From positions 1,088,001-1,152,000 of the forward strand of contig CAXXVS010000003.1 in assembly GCA_963674755.2 (NCBI GenBank): a stretch of DNA of 64,000 nt. The letters run 5' to 3'. Source of the DNA: Desulfobacterales bacterium (GTDB lineage: Bacteria; Desulfobacterota; Desulfobacteria; Desulfobacterales; UBA5852). How positions within the stretch are numbered: position 1 is the stretch's first letter; each line of letters opens with the position of its first letter. A program made the position numbers and the translations under genes. Shown piece by piece: positions 10,397-20,262 of this stretch. The notes beneath the pieces are model-generated. The model was not told where the DNA came from. It made no database searches and saw only the letters and a list, made by a program, of their open reading frames with translations.

Positions 10397-11233
10397 TCAG
10401 GGAATCGCGGGTGGAATTGGCGCGTTAGGGTGGGCGCTCCTTTTTCGGTGCGGGCGGTATTGGGCGATCTGCCGCGAAATCGCCACCAGGGTGTTGTTTT
10501 CATCCCAGATCTCTCCATCCTCCTCCAAGAGACCGCAGGTGATAAAGCGGGTGCGGAAGATGCATTTCAGCGACTTGGAGGCCGGCAGATTGCGAATGTT
10601 GATGGAGCACTCTATCGTCGGCACCCACGCCGCCATTCCCTGGGAAGTGAATACCGCCGGCGGGAACGCATCCGCGGCTAACAGGATCGAAGGCACGTCG
10701 AAGGCCCGGTCATCTTTGAATCTGATCCAGCCCCTGATTTCAGAGTGGTCGGAAAGTTTGCCCTCGAACCACCCGGTACAAGCCGGATCCAGGCGGATGT
10801 CCATCCTTCCGAATAGGGTATATTCGGGCATCTCCGGAACGGCTATGCATTCCTCTATACGTCTAATGTCCGGAGCCGTTGTCCGATAGCTTTCGAGAAG
10901 GCACTCACTTTTTTCATCGGTAAAGGTGCCGAAGGCGCGAATCTTTTCTTCTCCATTCTGTTCCAGACGGGCTTCCAGTCGGTCGAATTGGCGCGACAGG
11001 GACATTCGTTCCACCGATACGATGGCGTCGCCCGGGTGGCATCGCTTCAGGAAGTTGGCGGTGACGATGGGGGTGGTTCCCATTTGGCTGGACTGCAGCA
11101 AGGCGTTTGTTATCAAGGCCATCAGGTAGCCGCCGTTGGGGACGCCGTTGATGGACCAGTTAGGTGCAATGGAACCCGTGTAGCAATGGGTGTCCGCCGA
11201 TTCAACGGCGATATCCTGATCGAATTGATGCAT
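10397..11233 (-). CDS. Double hot-dog thioesterase family protein
   Basis: WSINGVPNGGY, ADAFPP, WVPTI, EEDGEIWD...SRQ. Confidence 0.82.
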   Translation of the reverse strand: MHQFDQDIAVESADTHCYTGSIAPNWSINGVPNGGYLMALITNALLQSSQMGTTPIVTANFLKRCHPGDAIVSVERMSLSRQFDRLEARLEQNGEEKIRAFGTFTDEKSECLLESYRTTAPDIRRIEECIAVPEMPEYTLFGRMDIRLDPACTGWFEGKLSDHSEIRGWIRFKDDRAFDVPSILLAADAFPPAVFTSQGMAAWVPTIECSINIRNLPASKSLKCIFRTRFITCGLLEEDGEIWDENNTLVAISRQIAQYRPHRKRSAHPNAPIPPAIP

Positions 11234-11302
11234 GAGACCCTTTCAGAGCTAAAGCACACGCCATTTTTGACCCTTTTATCGCGTCACGGCCTTTAACATG
11301 GC

Positions 11303-12412
11303 TTAAGAACGTGATTTTTCATTTTCCTCCACCACACACAAAATCCCCTGGCCTTTCATGGCCGGACCGAAGCAGAGATTGTCGGACTTGCATTTGGCCG
11401 GGGCGGTGTCGCCGGACTGCCAGCGTTTAATCAAATTCGGCTCGCGGATAAAGGGCCGGCACATGGCGATATAGTCCGCCGTTCCACCGGCGATGGTTTG
11501 CCGGGCGACATTCAGTGAGCGCATGCCGCCCACCAGGATTAAAGGCAAATCCATGGCCCTTTTATAGGCGGCCGCAGCCGCCTTGAAATAGGCTTCTTTG
11601 TCCTCCTGGTTGATGCCGGCGCGGCTGGGGGACAGTTTGCCGGAAATCAAGGTGCCCCCGGAGAGCTCGATGGCATCAAGCCCGGCATCGGCCAGCAGCT
11701 TGGCGGCCGCAACGGAATCCTCAACCGTCAGACCGTTTGCAAGGCAGTCTTCACTGTTGATTTTGATCAATACAGGGTAGTCCTTGCCGACAATTTCCCT
11801 GATGGCCTTCAAAATTTCCAAATGAACCCTGGCCCGGTTCTCTACCGAACCACCGTATTCGTCATCCCGCCGATTGTAGGCCGGCGACAGAAACTGGCTG
11901 AGCAGATAGCCGTGGGCCGAATGCATTTGAACCCCGTCAAAACCGGACTTCTTGGCGCGCCCCGCGGCATCGGCAAATGCCTGAACCAGCTTGTGGATAT
12001 CGTCTTTGGTCAGTTCATGGCGGGGGGAATCGGATAGCCCTTTAAAATCGGAAACCACGTGCGGGGCCTGGCCGGTAAGGGCCTTAGCGGCAAAATGACC
12101 GGCATGGGCCAGTTGGGCCACAATTTTCCCGCCGGCCTGGTGAACCGCATCGCACATCGATGTCAACCCCTCCACCAGTTCGTCCTTATGGATTCCCAAT
12201 TGCCAGGGGCCGGCCTGGCCTTCGGGACTGACGTAGGCATGGCCGGTGATGATCAGTCCAACCCCGCCTTCGGCCAGCGCCACAAGGGTTTGCGTCAATT
12301 TAGGGGTAACCGCACCATCATCGGTGGCCATGCCTTCCCAGGTGGCCGATCGCACAAACCGGTTGGCCAACCGCATACCGTTTATTTCTGTGGGTTCAAA
12401 CAGGTTGCTCAT
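11303..12412 (-). CDS. NADH:flavin oxidoreductase (Old Yellow Enzyme family)
   Basis: NRFVRSATWE, HSAHGYLLSQFLSP, DEYGGSVENR. Confidence 0.9.
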   Translation of the reverse strand: MSNLFEPTEINGMRLANRFVRSATWEGMATDDGAVTPKLTQTLVALAEGGVGLIITGHAYVSPEGQAGPWQLGIHKDELVEGLTSMCDAVHQAGGKIVAQLAHAGHFAAKALTGQAPHVVSDFKGLSDSPRHELTKDDIHKLVQAFADAAGRAKKSGFDGVQMHSAHGYLLSQFLSPAYNRRDDEYGGSVENRARVHLEILKAIREIVGKDYPVLIKINSEDCLANGLTVEDSVAAAKLLADAGLDAIELSGGTLISGKLSPSRAGINQEDKEAYFKAAAAAYKRAMDLPLILVGGMRSLNVARQTIAGGTADYIAMCRPFIREPNLIKRWQSGDTAPAKCKSDNLCFGPAMKGQGILCVVEENEKSRS

Positions 12413-12679
12413 TTTTCGTTCCTATCGGTTCAGGTTTGAAAACCCCTCGGCAGCATCTGTCGAGGAGCCATAAGGGAAAGACCAGTGGCGTCATGCGTGT
12501 GTCATTAAACATCTGCCACACATCAGATCCGAAGTCCCGTCTGTTCAGGCGCAATTGTCGGATTCAGTTTAGCAACGGGCCATTTCCACGAAAAGAGGCA
12601 TATATGACATAAAACAGGCTAAAACGGTCATTTGGGAAAGATTGCTCATGCACCACATGACACTGCTTGTCCAACTGCA

Positions 12680-12823
12680 CGTTTTGCGGTTCGCGCACGT
12701 TGCCGGGCCAGTCATAGCCCTGGAGCTGTTTACGGTTGGCCGCCGAGAGCCGTGGCAGGTTGCGATTCTCTCTTTTTTGGATCAGTCCCAAAAAGTGCTC
12801 GGCCAGCAGGGGGATATCGCCTT
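12680..12823 (-). pseudogene. Fragment of a sigma-54 activator paralogous to 17586..19214
   Basis: Encodes [45 protein letters not shown], closely matching 17886-18030; the rest of the gene is absent. Confidence 0.8.
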
Positions 12824-13032
12824 AAAACAGCGAAATTCCGTGATTTTACCACAAGATTTCGTTTTCATCGAATTTTCGTTGTTTTCGCCCTATCCCAAAT
12901 ACGCATGCAAGTCGTGTAATAACAAGCGCTTAAACCCTTATGGCGCTATTGGCATGCTCCTTGTAAAGCCAATGATCAACCGCAACGCAACAAAGCGCGG
13001 ACCAGTTACAAACCGCAAGTACTTCACTTAAA
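12815..13032 (+). promoter_or_regulatory. Sigma-54 promoter with three upstream activator sites (copy 1 of a 218-bp duplication)
   Basis: TGGCATGCTCCTTGT (GG-N10-GT) at 12950-12964; CGAnATTTCGT-like sites at 12828, 12849 and 12866; near-identical to 23751-23968. Confidence 0.75.
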
Positions 13033-13080
13033 CCCAAGGACGACCGACCGATCACGTCGGACAAACACAAGGAGGATGTC

Positions 13081-13446
13081 ATGAAAAAACTCACAACGAT
13101 GGTCATTATCTTCGTCAGTCTGGGTCTTATAACCACAGCGGTCGCGGCAGAGAAGTCCAAAACCATTCGGGTCACGGAAAGGCCGGGCTATTTTGAAACC
13201 CAGGGGGATGTTTTCGACATTTCACCGGGTAAATACAAATTCGTGGTGAAGAATCTGTCGGGCAAGGATGCGGGGTTCGTTTTCAACAGCGGGCAGAACA
13301 ACGTCACCACGGATAGCTCGAGCATGAAAGTGATTCTGCTCAAAAACGGTGAAGAAGGCAGTTTCACGGTCAATCTGTCCAAGGGTAACTATACGTACTT
13401 CTGCCCCATCATTCCCACACCGCCTTACCCGTTGCGAGTGAAATGA
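13081..13446 (+). CDS. Secreted cupredoxin-like domain protein
   Basis: Signal peptide, PGKYKFVVKN, GNYTYFCPIIPTP; AGGAGG RBS. Confidence 0.7.
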   Translation: MKKLTTMVIIFVSLGLITTAVAAEKSKTIRVTERPGYFETQGDVFDISPGKYKFVVKNLSGKDAGFVFNSGQNNVTTDSSSMKVILLKNGEEGSFTVNLSKGNYTYFCPIIPTPPYPLRVK

Positions 13447-13627
13447 AATTGTCTACAGGGCCGGCCCGGTGCTCTGCCGCGCCGGCCCGTGACCTTGCCG
13501 AGGGCCAAAGATACCCCCTTACGATTTACTAGCCTTGAAGTGTAACCTCAGGAGAAAGACTATGGAAAACAGACCCCCCTTCCCGCCGTTCACCAAAGAA
13601 ACGGCCACACAGAAGGAGAAACACAAA

Positions 13628-14353
13628 ATGGATTCTGACAACAAAAAGCAAAAGATGATTAAAAAAATAGTCATCGTGGCGTTGATTGGCCTGGGCGTCG
13701 TGGCCTTCCGGTACTTCGAGCTGGGGCAATACCTGACCCTCGACTATATCAAGGCTTCCCAGGAGAAGTTTCAGGCGCTCTATCTCTCCAACCGTTTTCT
13801 TGTCATTGCCGTGTATATGGCCGTCTACATTGCGGTCACGGCGTTGTCACTGCCCGGCGCCACGGTTCTCACGCTGGCGGGCGGCGGACTGTTCGGACTG
13901 GCGGTCGGAACCGTGGTGGTCTCCTTCGCCAGCACCATCGGAGCCACTTTGGCTTGTCTGGTCTCCAGATTTTTGCTGCGCGAATGGGTCCAGAACAAAT
14001 TCGGCGACAAGCTCGCAGCGATCAACGCAGGCATCGCGAAGGAGGGTGCCTTTTATCTGTTTTCCCTTCGTCTGGTACCGGTTTTTCCCTTCTTCGTCAT
14101 CAATCTGCTGATAGGACTCACGCGGATGCCCCTGCGGACGTTCTTCTGGGTATCCCAAATCGGCATGCTGGCCGGGACGGTCGTTTATGTCAATGCCGGC
14201 AAGGAACTGGCCAAGATCGATTCTTTGTCTGGAATCCTGTCCCCGGGTGTGCTGATCTCTTTCGCGGTCCTCGGTCTTTTCCCGATCACCGTCAAGAAGC
14301 TGTTGGCGTTTTACCAGAAAAGGTTCAGGACGCTGGAAGCTAGCGAGGCATAA
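13628..14353 (+). CDS. TVP38/TMEM64 (DedA/VTT) family membrane protein
   Basis: LSLPGATVLTLAGG, STIGATLA, LRLVPVFPFFVIN; start uncertain (13562, 13628 or 13655). Confidence 0.88.
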   Translation: MDSDNKKQKMIKKIVIVALIGLGVVAFRYFELGQYLTLDYIKASQEKFQALYLSNRFLVIAVYMAVYIAVTALSLPGATVLTLAGGGLFGLAVGTVVVSFASTIGATLACLVSRFLLREWVQNKFGDKLAAINAGIAKEGAFYLFSLRLVPVFPFFVINLLIGLTRMPLRTFFWVSQIGMLAGTVVYVNAGKELAKIDSLSGILSPGVLISFAVLGLFPITVKKLLAFYQKRFRTLEASEA

Positions 14354-14389
14354 CCGGCGGGTTTGCAAACACCTGAAAAGGAGACAGCG

Positions 14390-16378
14390 ATGAAAACAGA
14401 AAAAGACGACGAATTAAAAGCGAGTTTCGACAGTGAACGCCTCGCAAGCCTCACCCAACGGATTCAACGGGTATTCGACATCCGGGACCGCACCTATGGT
14501 TTCCCGTCAAAGACATACCCGAAGTGTTTCGTCGGCAGTGAAGCGGTCGTCCAACTCGTAAAGGAAGGGATTGCCATCGACGCGGAAGACGCCGTGCACA
14601 TCGGCAATATGCTGCTGGATGCCGGGGTGTTTCATCATGTACTGGACGAGCATGCGTTCAAAAACGAGAAATTGTTTTACCGCTTCATCGCGGATGAAGA
14701 CCATGGCAGTGTGGCACGCAAACCCGATGGCAGCACGGTTAGCTGGGCCGATTTCATCGCACCGCTGACCAATCCGGAAGACCGGCCGATGACCCTCCAG
14801 CCAGATATTCCCGAACGGGACCCGGAGTTGGCTTCCTTTGAGCAGGTCGATCTGGAAGCCTGCGGCGTGTCGCCGCTCGATGAGCACAATACCCGCATGC
14901 TGGATCTGCTGCATCCCAAGGTGTGGGTGGACCCGCAACCTAAATCCTCGTACAACCTGGTGGTAGTCGGTGCCGGGGCCGGCGGTCTGGTTTCCGCGGC
15001 CGGTGCGGCCGGTGTCGGGGCGCGGGTCGCGCTGATCGAGTCGCACCTGCTGGGGGGAGACTGCCTGACCGTGGGCTGCGTGCCGTCCAAAGTCCTGCTG
15101 CGCTGCGCCAAGGCGGCAGCCACCGTGCGCAACGCGTCCGAATTCGGCGTAAAGGTCGGCGGCCAGGTCTCGGTGGACTTTGGTTATGTCATGGAACGGC
15201 TGCGCCGGCTGCGGGCAGACATCTCGCCGGTGGACTCGGCCCAGCGTTACAGCGCGACGCTCGGTGTGGATGTGTTTTTGGGCAAGGGCCGCTTTACCGG
15301 CCGGAACACGATCGAAGTCAACGGACAGACCCTCAAATTTACCAAAGCGGTGGTGGCCACGGGCGGCACGGCAGCCGTTCCCCCGATTCCGGGCCTGAAG
15401 CAGGCCCCCTACCTCACCAATGCTTCGGTTTTCAACCTGACCGAACTGCCGGAACGCATGGGCGTCATCGGCGCCGGTCCCATCGGCATCGAAATGGCCC
15501 AGGCATTCCAACGTCTGGGCTCCCAGGTGACGGTTTTATCGCGCGACAGCAAAATCCTGCCCAGGGAGGACCCGGACGCCGCCAGGATCGTGGAGACCGC
15601 CTTAGAAAAGGATGGGGTGACCTTTGCCTATCACCTCACGTTCAAGAGGGTAGAGAGCAGGGGCGGAAAACCGCCGGTGACCGTCGTGGTGGAAGACCCC
15701 CATGGAGAACGGTCGCTGGTGTTCGATGCGCTTCTGATCGCCACCGGCCGCAAGCCGAACGTCACCGGCCTCAAGCTGGAAGCGGCCGGCATCGACTACG
15801 ACGAGCGCATGGGCGTTACGGTCAGCGACCGGATGCAGACGACCAACCCGGATGTTTTTGCCGTGGGCGATGTGGCCAGCCAATACCAGTTCACCCACAT
15901 GTCGGACTTCGGGGCGCGCCTGGTGATCCGCAACGCCCTTTTTTACGGCCGTGACAAGTTCTCCGATCTGCTCATTCCCTGGGCCACCTACACGGATCCC
16001 GAAGTCGCCCATGTCGGTCTTTATGAGAAAGACTTGGAAGAACGCGGGATCGAATACGCTACCATCGGCCGGGCATTCGACGATGTGGACCGCGCCATCG
16101 TGGATGGGGAGACCGAAGGGTTCGTGAAAATTCACGTCAAAAAGGGCAAGGACCGGATTCTGGGGGCGACGATTGTCGGCAGTCACGCCGGTGATATGAT
16201 CAGCGAAATTACGGTGGCGATGCAAGCCGGGATGGGGCTCGGCAAATTGGCAAGTGTCATTCACCCCTACCCGACAGCGGCCGAGGCGATTCGACAATGC
16301 GGCGATGCTTACAACCGGTCGCGTCTGACCCCCACCGTAAAAACGATATTCAACCGCCTGATGGCCATGAGACGCTGA
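14390..16378 (+). CDS. MerA/dihydrolipoamide dehydrogenase-like flavoprotein disulfide reductase with N-terminal DEP-like domain
   Basis: GAGAGG FAD site, GGDCLTVGCVPSK redox disulfide, GAGPIG, HPYPT; no C-terminal Cys-Cys; residues about 18-103 match the DEP pattern. Confidence 0.85.
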   Translation: MKTEKDDELKASFDSERLASLTQRIQRVFDIRDRTYGFPSKTYPKCFVGSEAVVQLVKEGIAIDAEDAVHIGNMLLDAGVFHHVLDEHAFKNEKLFYRFIADEDHGSVARKPDGSTVSWADFIAPLTNPEDRPMTLQPDIPERDPELASFEQVDLEACGVSPLDEHNTRMLDLLHPKVWVDPQPKSSYNLVVVGAGAGGLVSAAGAAGVGARVALIESHLLGGDCLTVGCVPSKVLLRCAKAAATVRNASEFGVKVGGQVSVDFGYVMERLRRLRADISPVDSAQRYSATLGVDVFLGKGRFTGRNTIEVNGQTLKFTKAVVATGGTAAVPPIPGLKQAPYLTNASVFNLTELPERMGVIGAGPIGIEMAQAFQRLGSQVTVLSRDSKILPREDPDAARIVETALEKDGVTFAYHLTFKRVESRGGKPPVTVVVEDPHGERSLVFDALLIATGRKPNVTGLKLEAAGIDYDERMGVTVSDRMQTTNPDVFAVGDVASQYQFTHMSDFGARLVIRNALFYGRDKFSDLLIPWATYTDPEVAHVGLYEKDLEERGIEYATIGRAFDDVDRAIVDGETEGFVKIHVKKGKDRILGATIVGSHAGDMISEITVAMQAGMGLGKLASVIHPYPTAAEAIRQCGDAYNRSRLTPTVKTIFNRLMAMRR

Positions 16379-16499
16379 TACACTCGAATATATGGTCATG
16401 ACATATCTCAAATAAACTTGGGATCCGACCATATTTCGGTTTTCATCTTAAATGAACCGATGGCTTCGCATTGATGTCGAAATAAAAAGGAGAAAAACG

Positions 16500-16714
16500 A
16501 TGAATATCAAAAAAGATACGCGCCCCGCTATGGAGGTTATTGCGCCTGGGCCGTCGCCCAAGGATCAACCGCGAGCGTTGATCCCCAAAAAGCTTGGCGT
16601 ATCGTAGACGGCAAGTTGTATCTCAACTACAGCGTCAAAATACAAAAACAGTGGGAAGAAGACATCTCGGGCAACATCCAAAAAGCCGACGCCAATTGGC
16701 CGGAGGTCCTGAAT
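16500..16714 (+). pseudogene. YHS-domain-type protein remnant (C-terminal half only)
   Basis: Frame from 16514 reads RYAPRYGGYCAWAVAQG..VDPQKAWRIVDGKLYLNY...KADANWPEV; the RBS-preceded ATG at 16500 is out of frame. Confidence 0.7.
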
Positions 16715-16863
16715 CAAGGCTTTCTTTGCGAACCGGATAGAGGCCGATCGTTGCCCCGAATGCCGGAGCAGAGGCGCGCTCGCTATAAGAGACTTGGGCA
16801 CGCAATGGAAAGGCGGGCTGATATTAACCCGTTTAAATACCGATTGGACTGGGGAGGGCAAAT

Positions 16864-17271
16864 ATGAAACAGGTTGATCTCACCGAAGAAGAATGGCGAC
16901 AGCGTTTGGACCCGGATCAGTTTCGTATCCTGCGCGACGAAGGTACCGAGCGCCCTTTTACCAGCCCTCTGCATGCCCAAAAGGGAAAAGGCGTATATAA
17001 ATGTGCCGGCTGCGGCACACCGCTTTTTACCTCGGAGATGAAGTATGACAGCGGCACCGGCTGGCCCAGCTTTTTCGAAACATTGCCCGGAATTTTTGAG
17101 ACCAAAACAGATAAGAAGCTGTTTCGCGCGCGCACCGAATATCACTGCGCGGTCTGCGGCGGTCATCATGGCCATGTTTTTAACGATGGACCGCTCCCAA
17201 CCGGTAAGCGGTATTGCAACAATGGCGCGGCTCTTCTTTTTGAGCCTGAGGAACAAGGATTCTTCCAATGA
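16864..17271 (+). CDS. msrB: Peptide-methionine (R)-S-oxide reductase
   Basis: GTERPF, two CxxC, SGTGWPSF, HHGHVFNDGP, RYCNNG. Confidence 0.95.
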   Translation: MKQVDLTEEEWRQRLDPDQFRILRDEGTERPFTSPLHAQKGKGVYKCAGCGTPLFTSEMKYDSGTGWPSFFETLPGIFETKTDKKLFRARTEYHCAVCGGHHGHVFNDGPLPTGKRYCNNGAALLFEPEEQGFFQ

Positions 17272-17585
17272 CCAGCAAACGCATCCTGTGGGTCGTCCTT
17301 TCAGCTGCAGCTTTTCTTATGGCGTGTGCGCCAACGGCCCGCCCCCCGGATCTAGGGCGACTCTATGACAATTTGGCGCAAACTGAAGACCCGGCGTTCT
17401 CGGATAATATCCTTTATTTTCTATTGGAACAGCCCATGATGTAGTTGACTTCAACACCCATAACCGAGGCGTTATCATGATCGTCTCGGTTGAGATAGTG
17501 CGAAAAGCTGAATTACTCAAAAATCAAACACTCTGGTGCATTGCTGAATTTGTGTCTGTTTGCATCACTTATGCGTTTTAGGGCG

Positions 17586-19214
17586 CTATTTGGCCACTTT
17601 GCTGATTTTCATTTTTTTTATCCGTGAAGACAGAGTAGTTGGTTTGATACCTAGCAGTTCTGCGGCGCCATCTGTTCCGTAAACTTTCCAGCTGCATTTC
17701 CGCAAAGCGGCAATGATGTTCTGCCGCTCGCGGCGCCGCATCTCGGATTCGGGAAGGACCTCGCTGCCCGCATCATTTCCTGAATCGTGTGCCGGCGTCG
17801 TGGTCGCACGGCCGAAATCCTCATCATCGGGCAAAACGAAGTGCAACGAACCTCGCTGTGACGTAATCACGGCGCGTTCGATAACGTTTTGAAGCTCGCG
17901 TACGTTTCCGGGCCAGTGATAGCCCTGGAGCTGTTTGAGGTTGGCGGCGGAAAGTCGTTGCAGGTTCCGGTTCTCTCGCTTTTGGATCAACCCCAGGAAG
18001 TGCTCGGCCAGCAGGGGGACATCCCCCTTGCGATACCGCAGGGGGGCTACCTCGATGGGGAAAACACTCAGGCGGTAATAGAGGTCCTGGCGAAAACGCC
18101 CCCTTCCGATATCCTTTTTCAGGTTGCGGTTGGTGGCGGCGATAATCCTCACGTCCACCTGACGCGTCTTCTCCTCGCCGACACGTTCATACTGACCTTC
18201 CTGCAAGACGCGCAAGAGCTTGCTTTGCAGATCGATGGGGATTTCCCCGACTTCATCCAGAAAGAGCGTTCCGCCGTCGGCGGCTTCAAACCTCCCGGCC
18301 CGATCCTTTATGGCACCGCTGAAAGCGCCTTTGACATGGCCGAAGAATTCGCTTTCATAAAGCTCCCTGCTGATGGATGCGCAATTGACTTTGATCAGGG
18401 GACGATCATGCCGGTTGCTGCGTTTGTGGATTTCACGGGCGACAAGCTCCTTGCCCGTTCCGGACTCACCCAGGATGATCACGTTGGTTTCCGTGGGGGC
18501 TACCAGTTCGACCTGTTTCAAAACACTGTTCAGCGCCTCGCTTTCTCCGACGATGTCGCCGAAGGCGCGGGCTTCCTGCACTTCCTCCCGCAAGTAGGCG
18601 CATTCCAGTTCCATTTGCTCCTGCAGTCGCTGGATCTTTTCGAAGGCCCGGGCGTTGACGATGGCGGTGGCCGCGTGGTCGGCAATCATTCGCATCCAGA
18701 CGAGTTCTTCGCGCTTCAAGCGAATGCGCGTGAAGACGGCCAGAACACCCAGGACTTCCCCCCGGTAGAGCAGCGGCTGGCCGCCGAACCCGAGAATCCC
18801 CTCCCGGCGGGCCCACTCCGGTCTGGCGATCCATTTGGAATCCTTTTCGATAGCGTCGATATGCACGGCTTTTCCCGTGGCCGCGATCCATCCGACCTTG
18901 CGGGCTCCCAGGGGAAACCGGCTGAAATCCCCATCGAGACGGGACCAGTCCGCTTCTTGGTCTGCCAAAGGACGGCCCTGGCTGGCCATCAAGTGGAGAC
19001 AGCGCGTATTGTCGTCACAGGTCGGTTCGTGGACCGGACAGGGGCAATCTCCTTCCTGAATCAGCCATATCCGGGCCAGCGCAACGTGGGGACGATGGAC
19101 GAGTTGGCGGACGATCATTTCCAAGAGCGGGGCGACAGCATGCTCCTGGGCCATCTCCAGGAGCAGCGTCTTGAGGGATTCGTATTCCGGTTTGTAATCG
19201 CGGTCTAATTTCAT
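17586..19214 (-). CDS. GAF-domain sigma-54-dependent transcriptional activator
   Basis: [14 protein letters not shown] (GAFTGA variant), [19 protein letters not shown]-terminal HTH; Cys-rich insert in the GAF domain. Confidence 0.92.
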   Translation of the reverse strand: MKLDRDYKPEYESLKTLLLEMAQEHAVAPLLEMIVRQLVHRPHVALARIWLIQEGDCPCPVHEPTCDDNTRCLHLMASQGRPLADQEADWSRLDGDFSRFPLGARKVGWIAATGKAVHIDAIEKDSKWIARPEWARREGILGFGGQPLLYRGEVLGVLAVFTRIRLKREELVWMRMIADHAATAIVNARAFEKIQRLQEQMELECAYLREEVQEARAFGDIVGESEALNSVLKQVELVAPTETNVIILGESGTGKELVAREIHKRSNRHDRPLIKVNCASISRELYESEFFGHVKGAFSGAIKDRAGRFEAADGGTLFLDEVGEIPIDLQSKLLRVLQEGQYERVGEEKTRQVDVRIIAATNRNLKKDIGRGRFRQDLYYRLSVFPIEVAPLRYRKGDVPLLAEHFLGLIQKRENRNLQRLSAANLKQLQGYHWPGNVRELQNVIERAVITSQRGSLHFVLPDDEDFGRATTTPAHDSGNDAGSEVLPESEMRRRERQNIIAALRKCSWKVYGTDGAAELLGIKPTTLSSRIKKMKISKVAK

Positions 19215-19225
19215 GTGGGATAACT

Positions 19226-19360
19226 AACCGAAATCCCGTTGTTTCGCAACGAAAATTCGTGAACAACGAGATTTCGTCGCGTTGTTTTCAGGGCCAGTAT
19301 CAAATTAAATGTTAAATAACGGATGGTTATGGATTTTGTTAGAACTGGTACGCGTTTTGT
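19226..19360 (+). promoter_or_regulatory. Sigma-54 promoter with three upstream activator sites
   Basis: TGGTACGCGTTTTGT (GG-N10-GT) at 19346-19360; sites AACCGAAATCCCGTTG, CAACGAAAATTCGTG and CAACGAGATTTCGTCG at 19226, 19247 and 19264. Confidence 0.72.
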
Positions 19361-19448
19361 ATTTGTGAAAGTCAGCGTAACCAAGCGCTCCACGATGCAA
19401 TGCAACACTAAACTGATCGACAATCCCTAAAGCGAATAGGAGACTGAC

Positions 19449-20144
19449 ATGGCACTACCGAATCCAGGAATGAAAATCGATATCGAACGAACGGCAATGG
19501 TCATCATCGATCCCCAAAACGATTTCTTGAGCCCGGAAGGTGTTACATGGGGAGTCGTTGGCGAGAGTGTAACCGAAAACAACACGGTGGAAAATATCGA
19601 AAAGCTCTTTCAGGCCGCCAAGGAAACCGGGCTGCCCGTATTTATCTCGCCCCACTACTACTACCCTTCGGATCACGGCTGGAAGTTCGAGGGCACCTTG
19701 GAAGCCTTGATGCACAACATCGGCATGTTTGACCGCAAGGACCCTTTGAGCCTCGAAGGTTTCAAGGGTTCAGGAGCTGACTGGCTCGAGCGCTACAAGA
19801 CCTACATCGAGGATGGCGCCACCGTGGTAGTGAGCCCGCACAAGGTTTATGGGCCTGAATCCAATGACCTGGTTTTGCAACTCCGTAAACGGCACATTGG
19901 CAAAGTAATTCTGGCGGGAATGTCCGCCAACCTTTGTGTCGAGTCCCATATGAGGGAACTGCTGGAGCAGGGGTTCGAGGTGGCCGTCGTCAAAGATGCC
20001 ACCGCCGCGGCCAAGCTGCCCGAGGGTGATGGCTACCAGGCTGCGCTGATCAACTTTCGCTACCTGGCCAACACGGTTTGGACCACGGCCGCAGCCGTGA
20101 CCGCCATTAAAGAAAGCGGCCGTGCAATGAGGTCGGCTGCGTAG
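19449..20144 (+). CDS. Isochorismatase-like cysteine hydrolase
   Basis: IIDPQNDF, SPHKVYG, AGMSANLCVESH (Asp/Lys/Cys triad). Confidence 0.87.
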   Translation: MALPNPGMKIDIERTAMVIIDPQNDFLSPEGVTWGVVGESVTENNTVENIEKLFQAAKETGLPVFISPHYYYPSDHGWKFEGTLEALMHNIGMFDRKDPLSLEGFKGSGADWLERYKTYIEDGATVVVSPHKVYGPESNDLVLQLRKRHIGKVILAGMSANLCVESHMRELLEQGFEVAVVKDATAAAKLPEGDGYQAALINFRYLANTVWTTAAAVTAIKESGRAMRSAA

Positions 20145-20262
20145 GGATATGGCCGGCTCCGGGGCGAATGTCCCATTATTCGGTCCGGCTTTTCCGTGAC
20201 ACTGCAAAGAACGCATATGGTTTCCATAACCATAAACTATACCGATTGAAAGGATAAGGCCA

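Noticed and set aside
14390..16378. Calling this gene merA
   Set aside because: No C-terminal Cys-Cys, no HMA domain and no mer genes nearby
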